From: the human T2T-CHM13v2.0 reference genome, Homo sapiens
NCBI RefSeq assembly: GCF_009914755.1
Contig: NC_060947.1
Length of the DNA stretch: 64,000 bases
Reading direction: 5' to 3' (one strand)
Position numbers and translations under genes: made by a program. Shown piece after piece: positions 45,792 through 60,995 of the stretch (within the stretch, counting starts at the first letter, position 1; each line of letters begins with the position of its first letter). The notes beneath the pieces are model-generated. The model ran no database searches. It was not told the DNA's origin and saw only the letters and a list, made by a program, of their open reading frames with translations.

Positions 45792-48133
45792 CACCATCAG
45801 GAATGCCAGGAGTCATGCACAAAGGGGAAGCTACTGTGATTTTGTCTATAAGGTCTTCTCTGAGACAAGCATATAAGTCATAGTGATACTACCCAGAAGT
45901 CACCAGACCTGGACTCTTGGAGTCATTCACCAAGGGGAAAAATGGTTATTGAGATACTGCAATTCTTTTGTGAATCAACATGATCAGAGAAAGACTGGAC
46001 AAATTTTACCTAGTATGGAAATGATAGCAAATGATGACTTTTGTGTTTCTAGACATTCTATAAAATAAGAAAGAGCAGATACCAAAAAAAGAGCTCTTGT
46101 TAATTCTTCACTCATAGATAAATAGCATCCATTGACTGATTTGGATATATTAGGTTCTTTTCTATGCCCCTATTGACAATGTGGTATTAGGCAATGCTTT
46201 GCTGGGTGTTATTTTTCACTGGGCACTTTACCCTTAATGTTAACAAGTACACAGATTTATTCCAAATGTGATAGAAATGCAGTTGTGGTTAACCAACTCA
46301 AGGCTACAGCTTAATTCCCAGAGTGAACTACAGAAAAGATTTAATGCAACCCTGAAGGGAATAATTAAAAAGTATGTGGATAATCTTGCTAATAATTTAG
46401 ATGTTTTATCACTTCTGTCATTTACATATAGAGAGGTCTCACAGAAATTATTTCATTTTTTATAATACATAATTTTACATGGAAGAAAATAAGAAAGTAC
46501 TTTTGCCTCAATAACTAGATTATCCATGCAAATACATTACACTAAATTGTAGAGTCTAATATACATGTCATCATTCACCATTTTTAGGGTAAATCATTTA
46601 AATATCAACGTGCTAATAGTTTACCATATTTATATGATTCTTCAGAAACATCATACATGGCTCACTTTTTATATGTTTTATTATTTAAACTACCCTTTTG
46701 ATTTATATATTATTTAAAATTTTAAAGTTTTGCACATATCAACTAAAACTGACACATATGTTTATCTATAATAAAAAGCACAATTGGACACATAGCTTTA
46801 TTTACACATGTATACTTCACATACGCTATGCTATACTATTATATTAATATTAATACCAAATGCCAACTTGTTTCCAGATAGTAAAATTTATGAAGACTTC
46901 TCACTATTGGCCAAATGAAACAAGTGAAAGGTTGAAAAATAATTGGAAGATATTCTTGTATGCTTAAAATAACTGATGAAGAAAGTTAAAGATCAGAAAA
47001 ATGCAAAAAGGCTACAATTTACTGGAAGGACTAGGAACTTTAAGAATATTATGTGTCAATAATACGCATATGTTAATCATTATAGGTTTATAAAAATGTT
47101 TTAGAGAAAACCAAAAATATCAAAAATTCACTAACAACCTAGAAGTAACAAATTTATATAACAACAAATATTAGAATTTTTGAAAAAGGAAAGAATGTTA
47201 TTCTTGTGCCTGGAATATTAAAGATATTGCAGATTACTGAAGAGAAAAGTGAAGATTACTGGAGAGGCCAACTTATGATTCTAAACTAGCTAGACAAAGA
47301 GTCTTATGGAATTTCTGTTGAATAAGTCACCAGAGAAACTTCAAGTGATATATACAAATTAAGCTAAACTGACTTTCTCAAATACTAATACACATTGGAA
47401 TTCCCTAAGGGTTTGTTAAACATAAAATTATTGAGCTCTACCACTATAGGTACCTATTAAGTGGGTCCATTATAGAGTCCATGTTATACTATTAAACAAA
47501 ACTCTTGATTAACATAATGAAAGGATTCCAACTAAAAAATTTCAGACACACAGGAAATCTTAGAAAGTTTACTTCTAGTGGTCACTATGAGATCTGATGG
47601 TTGGGAAAACCCCAAATTAAAAAAAAAAAAGAAATAATCGCATTCTTCGTCATCTCCTAGAAGAATAGCCCCAGATATACTGAAGATAATCTGAGAGCAC
47701 TTTCTAGTGCCATTGTTTACATAAAAAAGTTGTTCATTTTGATGTAGTCCAATTTATTTTTTATGACATGTACAGAAGAAATATATTTGTGCTAAGAGAA
47801 ATTATAGATGTATTTCACTAAAAAACATGTAGAACCAATTTGATTGCCTATATGGAAAGGATGATAATTAAATTAGGGCACAGATTTCTAAAATGAATGG
47901 AGAGGTTTGAGATGAAGTCAGAATAATGGTAAGATAGTAAAATAAGACATTAATCAAACTTCTCAGAATTTCTAATTTTCTCCCTCAATCTTGTTTCTAA
48001 GTAGAAGGAATAGTAAATCCTATATGTATCATAGATAATTAAATTATATGATACTATGCCCAAAATTAATGCACTATTTGACCAATTGGGGACTGCTAAA
48101 ATTATTTCAAATATAGATTAGATAATGGCTATT

Positions 48134-48355
48134 ACTTATTTATTTATTTATTTATTTTTTATTATTATACTTTAAGTTTTAGGGTACATGTGCACAATGT
48201 GCAGGTTAGTTACATAAGTATACATGTGCCATAGACTGGATTAAGAAAATGTGGCACATATACACCATGGAATACTATGCAGCCATAAAAAATGATGATT
48301 TCATGTCCTTTGTAGGGACATGGATGAAATTGGAAATCATCATTCTCAGTAAACT
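48134..48355 (-). mobile_element. Miniature 5'-inverted L1PA3-like insertion, about 220 bp
   Basis: (TTTA)n tail and antisense L1 terminus to 48232, then a plus-strand ORF2-end/3'UTR piece 48231-48357. TSD ATGGCTATT at 48125-48133 and 48356-48364. Confidence 0.93.
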
Positions 48356-48364
48356 ATGGCTATT

Positions 48365-50837
48365 TTTTTAAAACAGCATTATTGATATGTAATTTACAAA
48401 CCATATAATTCATTAATTTAAATTGTAAAATTTAGTACTTTTTACTGTATACACATATTTGTAGAGCAGCCATAACTGCAATCTAACTTTAGAACATACT
48501 CATCACTCCAAAAAGAAACCCGAAAGCCATTAGTAGCAATTCTTCATTCTACCTCCCCATTTGTTTCTCCTGAGGTAAACAATAATCTACTTTATATCTC
48601 AATACAATTACCTATTCATTCTCTTTTATATAAATCAAATCATACAATATTTGTCTTTTGTTTGTGAAAGAAACAAGTCTTTCACATACCAAAATATTTT
48701 CAAGTTGTATCCACGTTGTAGAATGTATCAGAACTTCATTACTTTTTATTGCCAAATACTATTCAATTGTATAGATAGTTGCTTCACGTCCCAGCCAACA
48801 CTGGTTAGTGTCTGTATTTTCTATTATAGACAACCCAGTGAATGTTAATTAGAGCCTAATTATGGCTTTGTTTCTTATTTATATAATCACCAATGAAGTT
48901 AAGCATACTGGCCATTTGTATCTCTTACTGGCCATTTTTAATCTCTCCTTGGAGAAATGTCTATCAGGTAATTTACCATTTTTAAAATTCAGGCTATCAT
49001 CTATCTTTTCATTACTGAGTTGTAAGCATTCTGTTTATATGCAGGATATAAGTCCTTTATTAGATATATGATTTGATAATATTTTTCCTCATTCTCTGAC
49101 ATATTTTTATTTTCTAGGTGGTATTTACAGCTTAGAAGTTTTTCATATGATGTAGTTCAATTCATTTATTTTTGTGGCTTGCACTTTGTGTCATATTCAA
49201 GATAAAATTGTCTACACCAAGGTCATGAAAAGTTAATTTTCTTCTATAAGTTTTATAGTTTTATCACTTACATCTGGGTCTATGATCCATTTTGAGTTAA
49301 TCTGTAAATTGTTTAAGGTAGGCCTCCAGCTTCATTCTTTTACATGTAAATATCCAGTTATCCCAGTAATATCTTTTAAAAGGAATATTATTTCTCCTTT
49401 TTAAAGTCATTATACCTTTGTTGAAAATAACTGACCTTGTATTCTAGGGTTTATTTCTAGACTCTCAATTCTATTCCATTGATCTACCTGTCTATCCTTA
49501 TGTCAGTACCTCTCTGTCTTCATTATTGCATCATTGAAACTAGTTTTAAAAGTGGAAAATATGAGTCCCCCAAAGTTTCATTTTTTTTTCTTTTTTTTTT
49601 TTTATGTTATTTTGGCTAACTTGGATCCTTTGCATTTTTATATACATTTAAATTTAATTTGTCAATTACTGCACAAAATGTATTTGGTATTTTGACATGA
49701 ATTGTGTTAAATCTGCAGATCAAATAGGGCAGTACTGCCATTCTAGAATTATTAAGTCTTTCAATCCTTGAACATGATGTACTTTTTAATTTATTTGTGC
49801 CTTTTTTTTCTTTCCTGAAAGTTTTATAGTTTTCAGTGTATAACTTTTATTAAAGTCATTTCTAGGTATTTTATTTTTCATGCTATTAAAATTGCAATTG
49901 TTTTCTTAATTTTATATTCAGATTGTTAATTGCAAATACTCAGAAATACAATTTATTTTTGAATATTAATCATGTATCATGCAAACTTATTGAACTCATG
50001 TTAGTTCTAAAAGTATTTTATTCATTTCCTTAGGATTTTCAATATACAAGATTATGCCATTTTTAAGTAGACGTCATTTTACTTCTTTCTTTCTAATCAT
50101 AGTACTTCTTATTTATTTTCATTGTCAAATTGCTATGGCTAGAACCCCTAGAAAAATATTGAATATAATTGGTGTAAGCAGATATACGTGACTTCTTTCT
50201 GATCATAGGGATAAGTATTAAGTATGAAGCTAACTGAGAAGCTTTTGTAGATGGACTTTATTAGGTTAAGTTCTTTTTTTATTTCTAATTGAATAAGTGC
50301 TTTTCTTTTTTATCATAAAATGATTTTGGATTTTTGTCAAATGCTTTTTCTGTGTCTATTAGGATGATCATGTGTTTTTTGCCTTTTGCTCTGTTAATGT
50401 GGTCGATATGGTGTACATTAAGTGATGTTACTCACATTTCATTTCTGGGATAAATCCCACTCAGTCATGATGTATAATACTTTTTATATGTGGTTGCATT
50501 TGGTTTTCTGGTTGCTTTATTGAGAATTTTAGCTTTTTCATTCATTAAGAATATTGATTTGTATTTTTTTTCTTTTGAAGTCACTATCTGATTTTACTTT
50601 CAGGGTAATCATAGCTTATTAGAATGAGTTGAAATTTTTTTCATCCTCTTTTATTTTCTGGAAGAGTTTGTGAATAATTGGTACTAATTATTTTATTTTT
50701 TGTAGAATTCACCAGTAAAGCTATCTAGACTTGGGCTTTATAAATGAAATTATATCATTAGTAATTCAATTTCTTTCTGATTTTTTTTATATACCCAATA
50801 TGATTTGCAATTTTTTCTTGAGTCAGTTTTGGTAGTT
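48365..50837 (-). mobile_element. 5'-truncated old L1 (L1MB-like)
   Basis: 3' end acagcattattgatatgtaatttaca...catcactccaaaaagaaaccc, followed by antisense ORF2 (aaatgctttttctgtgtctatt...gatcatgtg). Confidence 0.85.
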
Positions 50838-50877
50838 AGAGTAGGAAAAAAAAAACATCTTTGGCTCTTCCTATACA

Positions 50878-52510
50878 TATTGTGAGTTGGTGGCAGTGGT
50901 GGGATTTTCTAGAATGGTTCTGGCTCATGGAGGCATGTAGTTTAGGAACAAAAAAAATTAAAAAATTAGGGAATGAGAAACTTTTGATTTTGGGGTGGCC
51001 ACATGGTGACCCATGGTATAGAGCAGCAGCTGTGCTGCAATCAATTGCTGAAAGTAAAGGTTACCAGTGGAATTCAGAATTGATCCAACTCCCAGGGTTT
51101 AATTCACTGGACATATAAGAAAATGCAAGCTACTAACAATAAAGCAAAACATTCAAATTCTTGGTTGTAGTTATTTTTTATGGCTAAAAGAAAATTCAAA
51201 GGATGTGCCTGGTTGCATCTTGGTGCTAGATCAAGCTCAGAATTCAGTGAGTCCGAACTTGGGCCACTAGCTTCAAAGCTGAGCCCCAAGGGAAAAAATA
51301 TGCAGGACAACAGAAAGCAGCTGCAAGGCTTCTGGTTACCAAGAAGGTAGTCAACGTAGGAGAAGGGTAAAACCAAGAAACTGTTGAAACCAGAGGGTAT
51401 ATGGTGAAGGAATTGTTTCATTTTGAAGACCAGTATTATCAGATTCCTGAGAATTTTTTAATTAAAATAGATTGTGAGAATAACTAATTTAGGAGCAGCA
51501 TCTTTGGTTTTAAATGCTATTAGGAGCATATTTGGCTTGATGCAGGACCCACAGCTCACTATGGAACAATCACATATGGCTGTATGTGATTCAAACTCAC
51601 AGGAGGTTATTTCTGAAGGAATTGCCAGCCTAGTGGACTGAATGAAAGCCACTGTAGAGTGTTGATCCCGAGAGTAAGGATGCCAAACCACCCTCCTGCC
51701 TCAATAAATACCAAGTGGAGCACCCCAAATGAAGCACTTGATATACTTCTCATGCAGGCCATTTAGAACTGGTTCATGATGACAGAAATATTCACCCAGG
51801 AAATCTGCCCATTACCAAGGTCATGGTAAATATTGTGCACAAGGAGGGCCTTTTTAATGTGGATTTCCCCTATAACTTTGCTGCTGTGCAATGGAAAAAC
51901 AGTTCAGGAAGTCTTACCAGATTTTCTTTCTCAGCTTCTTTTCATGATTCTTACAGGCACAAAAATAAGGTTAATTAACAAGGGAATAGTGAAAGGCAGA
52001 AGTGAGAGTCAGACTCATTCAAGGAAGGTGGAAATTTTAAAGGGTTATTTTAAAATAAGATGAATAAAACAAACATTAATCAGAGCACGGCAACAAAAGG
52101 AAAAAGAAAGGTAGAAATATTAAAAGGATTATTAATAAATTAGATGAATAAAATGGAAATTGATGGGCTTAAAACAAAGGTTTTAATACAACACTATCAA
52201 AGCTTGGGTGAACCAAAGGGAGCCCCTGGTTGTCCTGCAACATTAAAGGGATTAAACAAATTAGCTCTATTTTCCCCAGTTTGGAGAAATTTTAAAAGTC
52301 AGAAGGCAAAGATTATAATGAAAAATCTGATCTGTAATTGCCTAGGGCAATAATGAGGCAGATTAATAAAAATAAAGATAGACAAAATAGCTAGAATAAA
52401 TTGGTGTAATTCCCTGCTGGAGACCCAATGCCTTCTGCACTAGACTGGATAAAATGCTCAAAGGGGAGGAGAAGAGAAGTTCCTGAAACTAGAACACAAA
52501 TGTAAAGGTA
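50878..52510 (+). mobile_element. ERVL-class internal region (leader/gag remnant)
   Basis: Degenerate retroviral-like sequence, apparently continuous with the ERVL pol remnants after 56425. May be preceded by the last 40 bp or so of a MER21-like LTR (50838-50877). Confidence 0.55.
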
Positions 52511-55500
52511 GGGGAGGGAGGCAGAGCAGGATGGTCTAATAGAAAGCTCCACCTATTGTACCTCACACAAGGACACCAGTTTAACAACTATCTACACAAG
52601 AAAAGCACCTTCATAAGAAGCAAAAATCCGGTGAGCATTCACAGTCTTGAACTGCTGATGCCACCCCTCCCCTACTCCCCTGTAGCAGCAACATGTTGCA
52701 GAAAGCATTACTGTGTTCTGGGGTGAAGGGAGCACTCAGCAATTGTGTGACATTGAACTCAGTGCTGTCCTGTTATAGAAGAAAAGAAAAACTGACCTAA
52801 CTCAGATGATGCCCACCCATGGAGCAAGCATTCAAACCAGCCCTAGTCAGAGGAGATTTTATGATTCTAGTGGTTGGAACTTGAGGTTCTGCAGCCGAAG
52901 CCACTGCAGGTTAAAGTGCTCTGAGGTTCTAGGTAGGCTTTGGTGGCAGTCTAGGCCACAGGAACAGCACCATTTACATGACTATTGGTGCTGAACTGAG
53001 CCCAGATTCAGTTTACTGGGAGGGGCATGTGACCTACCAAGACAGCTGGGGTGGCTAGGAGAGTGCTGTCATCACCCTTCCCCCAACCCTAAGCTGCTGA
53101 TTGTGACCTACTGTTATTTTGGGTCTTTGTAGTTTCACATAAATTTAGAATTTTTTTTTCTACTACTGTTAAGAAAGTCATTGGTATTTTAATAGGTATC
53201 ACATTAAATTTATAGATTGTTTTGGGTACCATGAACATTTTAACAATATTGACTCTACCAAATCATGAATATGAAATTTTTTTTCATTTTATTGGTGTCC
53301 TCTTGAATTTCTTTTATCACTGCTTTACAATTTTCATTGTAGAGATATTTTACTTTTTTGGTTAACTTAATATTCTTAGGTTTTTTTTGTCGCTAAGGTA
53401 AATGAGATTACTTTTTAATTTTTTTTCAGATTGTTTGCTGTTAGCACATAGGAATGGTACTGATTTTTTTACGTTGATTTTGAATCCTGCAACTTTACTG
53501 AATTTCTTTATCAGTTGTAATAGTTTTCTTGTGGAGTCTTCAGGTTTTTCCAAGTAAGAGATCATATCATGTGCAAACAAGGATAATCTAACTTCTTCCA
53601 TTCCAACTTGGATGCCCTCCATTTCTTTCTCTTGTTTGATTGCTGTAGCTAGAACTTCCAGTACTAGCTATATGCATGGTGTAAAGGGACATCCTTGTTA
53701 TGTTTCAAATTTTAGGGGAAATGCTTTCAGTTTTTTTCCCACTCGGTGTGATACTAGCTCTGGGTCTGTCATATACAGCTTTATTATGATGAGCTATGAA
53801 CAGAAAACTACCAGAAAACAAATAACAAAATGACAAGAGTAAGTCCTTACTTATCAATAATAAAATTAAATGAAAATTGACTAAACTCTTCAATTAAAAG
53901 ACTTAGAGTGGTTGAATGGATAAAAAAACAAGATCCAATAATGTGTTACCTACAAGAAAGACACTTCACCTATAAAGACACAGATAGACTGAAAATAAAG
54001 GGATGGAAAAATATATTTTATGCAAGTGGAAAGAAAAATAAAAGCAGAAGTAGCTATACTTATTTCAGACAAAATCAATTTTGAGAGAAAAGCCATAAGA
54101 AGAGAAAAAGATGCTCACTATATAATGATAAAGATGTCAATTTATCAAGACAATATAACAATTTTAAGTACATCTGCACCCAACACTGAAGCACCCAGAT
54201 GCATAAAACAAGTATTGTTAGAGGTAAAGAGAGACATAGATTCCAATACAATAATAGCTAGGGACTTCTACCTTCCACTTTCAGCATTGGACATGTCTTT
54301 CACACAGAAAACTAATTTTAAAAAATTGCACTTAATCTACACTATAGAACAAAGGGATATAACATATATTTACAAAATATTTGATCAAACAGCTGCAGAA
54401 TACACGTTCTTTAGCTCAGTACATGGATTATTCTCAAAGATAGACCATAAGTTAGGTCACAAAGCAAGTGTTAAATTATTCAAAAAGTTGAAATAATATC
54501 AACCATCTCCTCAGACCACAATAAAATAAAACTAGAAATTAATAGTAAGAGAAATTTTGGAAACTATGCAAATACATGGAAATTAAAAATATGTTTCTGA
54601 ATGACCAGTGGGTCAATAAAGAAATTAGGAAGGAAATGTAAACATTTTTGAAACAAATAATAATGGAAACACAAAATACCCAAATCTATGGGATACAGCA
54701 AAAGCAGTACTCAGAGGGAAGATTACAGCTATAAGTGCCTACATCAAAAAAGGGGATAAACTTCAAATAAACACTTTAATATTGCATGTTAAATAACTAG
54801 AAAAGCAAGAGGAAAACTAACCCAAAGTTAGTAGAAGAAAAGTGATAATAAAGATGACAGTGGAAACAAATGAATACAAAATAAAGAAAAAAACTACAAA
54901 AGACAGCTGAAACAAAAAGTAGTTTATTTGAAAAAAATAAATAAATTTGACAAACCTTTGGCCTGACTAACTATAAAATAGAAGACGAGATAAAAATAAA
55001 ATCAGAGTTGAAAAAGGAGACATTACAACTGATATTACAGAAATTAAAAAATAATAATTACTGGTTACTGTGAGCATCTATTTACCAATAAATTTAAACA
55101 TCTATAAGAAATGGGTAAATTCCTGGATACATACAACCTACCAAGATTGAACTAGAAATAAATTCAAAAGCTGAAAAGACCAATAGCAAATGACAATATC
55201 AAAGCTGTAGTAAAAATTATTCCAGTAAAGAAAAGCCGGGGACCTGATGGCTTCACTGTTGAATTCTACCATACATTTAGAGAAGAACTAATACCAATCC
55301 TAATTAAACTATTCTAAAAAAATAGAGGAGGAATAAATACTGCTTCTCTGTTTTAAAACTCATTCTATGAAGTCGGTATTACCCTGATATCAAAACATTA
55401 ACAAAAAACATCAAGAAAAAAACTACAGGCCAATATCTTTGAGGAATATTAATAAAAAATTATCAACAAAATACTGGCAAATCAAATCCAACAATGCAGT

Positions 55501-56418
55501 ACAAAGACAATTAATCATGACCAATCACGATTTATCACTAGTATGCAAGGAGTGTTCAACACACATAAATAAATAAATGTGATAAATCAAATTAACAGAA
55601 TGAAGAACAAAAACCACATGATTATTCCAATTGATGCTGAAAAATAACATGATACAATTCAACATCCCTTCATAAAAACCCTCAAAAATGGTACACAAAG
55701 AGCATAAGAACATAGCTCATAAAAACCCTAAAAAAATGTGATAGAACATAGCTCATCATAATAAACACATATATGACACACCCAGAGCTAGTATCATACT
55801 GGATGGGAAAAAACTGAAAGCATTTCCCCTAAACTTTGAAACATAAGAAGGATGCCCGCTTGCACCATGCATATAGCTACTACTGGAAGTCCTAGCTACA
55901 GCAATCAGACAAGAGAAAGAAATGGAGGGCATCCACACTGGAATGGAAGAAGTTAAACTATCCTTGTTTGCAGATGATATGATCTCTTATTTGGAAAAAC
56001 CTGAAGACTCCACAAGAAAATTACTACAATTGATAAGGAAATTCAGTAAAGTTGCAGGATTCAAAATTAACATAAAAAATCAGTACCATTCTTATGTGCC
56101 AACAGTGAACAGTCTGAAAAAAATTAAAAGTAATCTCATTTACCTTAGCCACAAATAAAATGTAATACCTAAGAATATTAAGTTAACCAAAAAAGTAAAA
56201 TATCTCTACAATTAAAATTGTAAAGCAGTGATAAAAGAAATTCAAGAGGACACCAAAAAATGAAAAAGTACTTCATATTCATGATTTGGAAGAGTTGATA
56301 TTGTTAAAATGTTCATGGTACCCAAAGCAATCTATAAATTTAATTCAATACCTATTTAAATACCAATGACTTTCCTAACAAAAGTAGAAAAAAATTCTAA
56401 AATTTACATAAAACTATA
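52511..56418 (+). mobile_element. Rearranged L1MA-class element: 5' UTR (52511-53105), inverted ORF2 copy (53107-53798), ORF2 (53799-56418); ORF1 and 3' end missing
   Basis: 5' UTR start ggcagagcaggatgg..aatagaa; EN remnant ORF 54020-54496 (YTFFSSVHGLFSKIDH); RT motif [10 protein letters not shown] at 55922-56158, mirrored at 53362-53622 on the minus strand. Confidence 0.9.
53130..53798 (-). repeat. Left arm of an approximately 670-bp inverted duplication (copy of 55747-56416)
   Basis: About 90% identity over a 250-bp manual sample; shares non-consensus features such as caccatgcatatagcta. Confidence 0.93.
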
Positions 56419-56424
56419 TATACA

Positions 56425-57830
<1,406 letters not shown>

Positions 57831-57869
57831 AAAATAAATGATTTCAAGCAAGAAATGTGCATCTCCTCT

Positions 57870-58298
57870 AAATTATCAGGCCCAGAGGTGAATGAAAATG
57901 AAATAGCAGTCACATCCCACTTTCCCACCTTAAGTAATCATCTATTGAATCTGTTTGCTATGTGAACTCTAAACTAGTTGCTGCCACCAGTAGCTAAAAA
58001 TTAACCCAATAATGCTGCATGCTGGACACTGTAACTTGCACCCTATAGTTCAACAATGTACAGTCAATTACTAACCAGTGTTATTTATGTAAATCAATGG
58101 GAATTTCTGACAGATATCTTTGTATCATCGTACTCCTAGTCCCCCTTTTTGCCTTTAAAATCTGCTGATCAATAAAGGCTCATCAGAGCTTATCTCCAAG
58201 GGTACTTGGGTATTAGTCTTCTGGGCAGCTGTCCTTATCTTGACACAAGTAAACACTTTAAAATATTTTGTGCCTCATTTTCTTCCTTTTGGTCAATC
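57870..58298 (+). mobile_element. MER34-family-like LTR (ERV1); 5' boundary uncertain
   Basis: ccctatagttcaacaatgta, tttgcctttaaaa and gggcagctgtcct...caagtaaacactttaaa; ends ggtcaa, followed by a PBS-like tttctgg. Confidence 0.6.
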
Positions 58299-60515
58299 TT
58301 TCTGGGACTGTGAACAGGTTTCAGAGCGAATCCCCTTCCAGCCATTTGATACTCCTCCCAGACTCAATGCCTGGCCAACCAGAACCCCTTTAGTTCTTTC
58401 AGCTCTGATGACATTGAGTGTAAAGTGTGAGTTCTCTTGAATTTGGACCTTCCCACTCTTTGGTTATGTCTATACTTTGCTTGAACTGTTCTTTTCAACC
58501 CTCCCTTTCTAGAATGGAGATTTCCATCTCTGTCTACAAGAAGGAGATTCAAGTTTCAGGAAAAAAAAAAAAAAGAAAACTGCCTTCTATGCCTCTGCTT
58601 CAGGACAGAATGTTTGGGTTATGGTCAGGCAAATAACTCTACAGATAATTTCTGCCTTCTCCACCTGTCTCACAGCAGGAAGTCCGGGTATTGGCAGTCT
58701 AGCACTGATGGTTTCACTTCTTTTGACATTAAATTAGATAGCATGCTTTTAAAATTGCAGCTGCCTTCTATTGATTGTAATTTGGACTTGTCTTTTTATT
58801 TGTGACCAATACCTGTTAGCTTCAAATTAGAATTTATGAATTGCATCTTTAACCATGGCCATTTTAACTCTTGTCCTATTCCTTGTGGAGTTTCTTCTGA
58901 GCTTCACGGTAACCAAGCAACCCATTTCACATGTCAAATAATTCAGTCCATTTAAAACATCCAGCCAATATTTTCAACATTTTCATTGTGCATACCACCT
59001 TCAGTCTTCTGGATTGAAAGAATACACAAATGGGATAAAAAAAATTAATTGGTTCTTGATTTGATTCTCTGCCTGGTCACTGTTGGTGTATAAAAGAGCT
59101 ACTGATTTGTGTACATTAATCTTGTATCCAGAAACTTTGCTGAATTCTTTTATCAGTTCTAGGAGCTTTCTGGAGGAGTCCTTAGGGTTTTCAAGTTAAA
59201 TGATCATATCGTCAGTAAACAGGAACAGTTTGACTTCCTCTATATCGACTTTGATGCCCTTTATCTCTTTCTCTTGTCTGATTGCTCTGGCTAAGGCTTC
59301 CAGTACTATGTTGAAGAGGAGGGGTGAGAGTGAACATCCTTGTCTTGTTCTCATTCTCAGGGGGAATTCTTTCAACTTTTCCCCATTCAGTATTATGTTG
59401 CCTGTGGGTTTGTCATAGATGGCTTGTATTACATTAAGGTATGTCCCTTCTGGAGGCATCACATTTCCTGATTTCAAACTATACTATAAGGCCACAGTCA
59501 CCAAAACAGTATGGTATTGGTATAAAAATAGGCACATAGGCCAATGGAACAGAATAGAGAACCCAGAAATAAACCCAAATATTTACAGCCAACTGATCTT
59601 TGACAAAGAAAACAAAAACACAAAGTGAGGAAAAGACACCCTTTTCAACAAATGGTGATGGAATAATTGGCTAGCAACATGTAGGAGAATGAAACTGGAT
59701 CCTCATCTATCACCTTATACAATAACTAACTCAAGATGGATTAACGACTTAAACCTAAGACCTGAAACTGTAAAAATTCTAGAAGATAACATTGGAAAAA
59801 CCCTTCTAGACATTGGCTTAAGCAAGGATTTCATGACCAAGAACTCAAAAGCAAATGCAATAAAAACAAAGATAAATAGCTGGGACATAATTAAACTAAA
59901 GAGCCTTTGCATGGCAAAAGGAACAGTCAGCAGAGTAAACAGATAACCTACAGAGTAGGAGAAAATCTTCACAATATATACAACTGACAAAGGACTAATA
60001 TCCAGAATCTACAACCAACTTAAACAAATCAGTAAGAAAAAAAATCAATCCCGTTAAAAAGTCGGCTAAGGACATGAACAGACAATTCTCAAAAGAAGAT
60101 ATACAAATGGACAGCAAACATATGAATAAATACTGAACAACACTAATGATCAGGGAAATGCAAATCAAAACCATGATGCAATACCACCTTACTCCTGTAA
60201 GAATGGCCCTAATCAAAGAATCAAAACACAGTGGATGTTGGCGTGGATGCAGCAATCAGTGAACACTTCTATGCTGCTGGTGGGAATGTAAACTAGTATA
60301 GCTGCTATGGGAAAGAGCGTGGAGATTCCATAAAGAACTAAAAGTAGAACTACCATTTGATCCAGCATCCCACTACTGGGTATTTACCCAGAGAAAAAGA
60401 AGTCATTATTCACTAAAGATACTTGCACACATGTTTATAGCAGCACAATTCACAATAGTAAAATCGTGGAACCAACCCAAATGGCTATGGATCAATGAGT
60501 GGATAAAGAAAGTGT

Positions 60516-60712
60516 TGTGTGTATATATATATGTGTGTATATATAGATATGTATATACATATATGTATGTATATATGTATATATAGATATGTATATATGT
60601 ATATACATATATGTGTATATATGTATATACACGTATGTGTGTATATGTATGTGCATATATATGTATATGTATATATGTATGTGTGTGTGTATATATATGT
60701 GTATATATATAT
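60516..60712. repeat. Degenerate (TA/TG/CA)n alternating purine-pyrimidine tract, about 195 bp
   Basis: Directly visible. Confidence 0.95.
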
Positions 60713-60896
60713 GATAGAATACTACTCAGCCATAAAAAGGAACGAACTAACAGCATTTCTAATGACCTGGATGAGATTAGAGACTATTATTCTAAGTGAA
60801 GTAACCCAGGAATGGAAAACTAAACATCATATGTTCTCACTGATATGTGAGAGCTAAACTGTGAGGATGCAAAGGCATAAGAATGATACAATAGAC

Positions 60897-60995
60897 TTTG
60901 GGGACTTAGGGGGAAGAGTGGGAAGGAGGCAAGGGATAAAAGACAGTTTGGGGACTTGGGGGGAAGAGTGGGAGGGGGGCAAGGGATAAAAGACA
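60897..60995 (+). repeat. 50-bp tandem duplication of the G-rich L1PB 3' UTR tract
   Basis: tttggggacttRgggggaagagtgggaRggRggcaagggataaaagaca twice. Confidence 0.93.

Noticed and set aside
46850-47770. Very old L1 and MER5-like fragments (also an L2-like stretch at about 16700-17050)
   Set aside because: Similarity is too weak to set boundaries or family by eye.
60406-60857. Tyr/Ile/His-rich ORFs
   Set aside because: Translations of a stop-poor dinucleotide tract.
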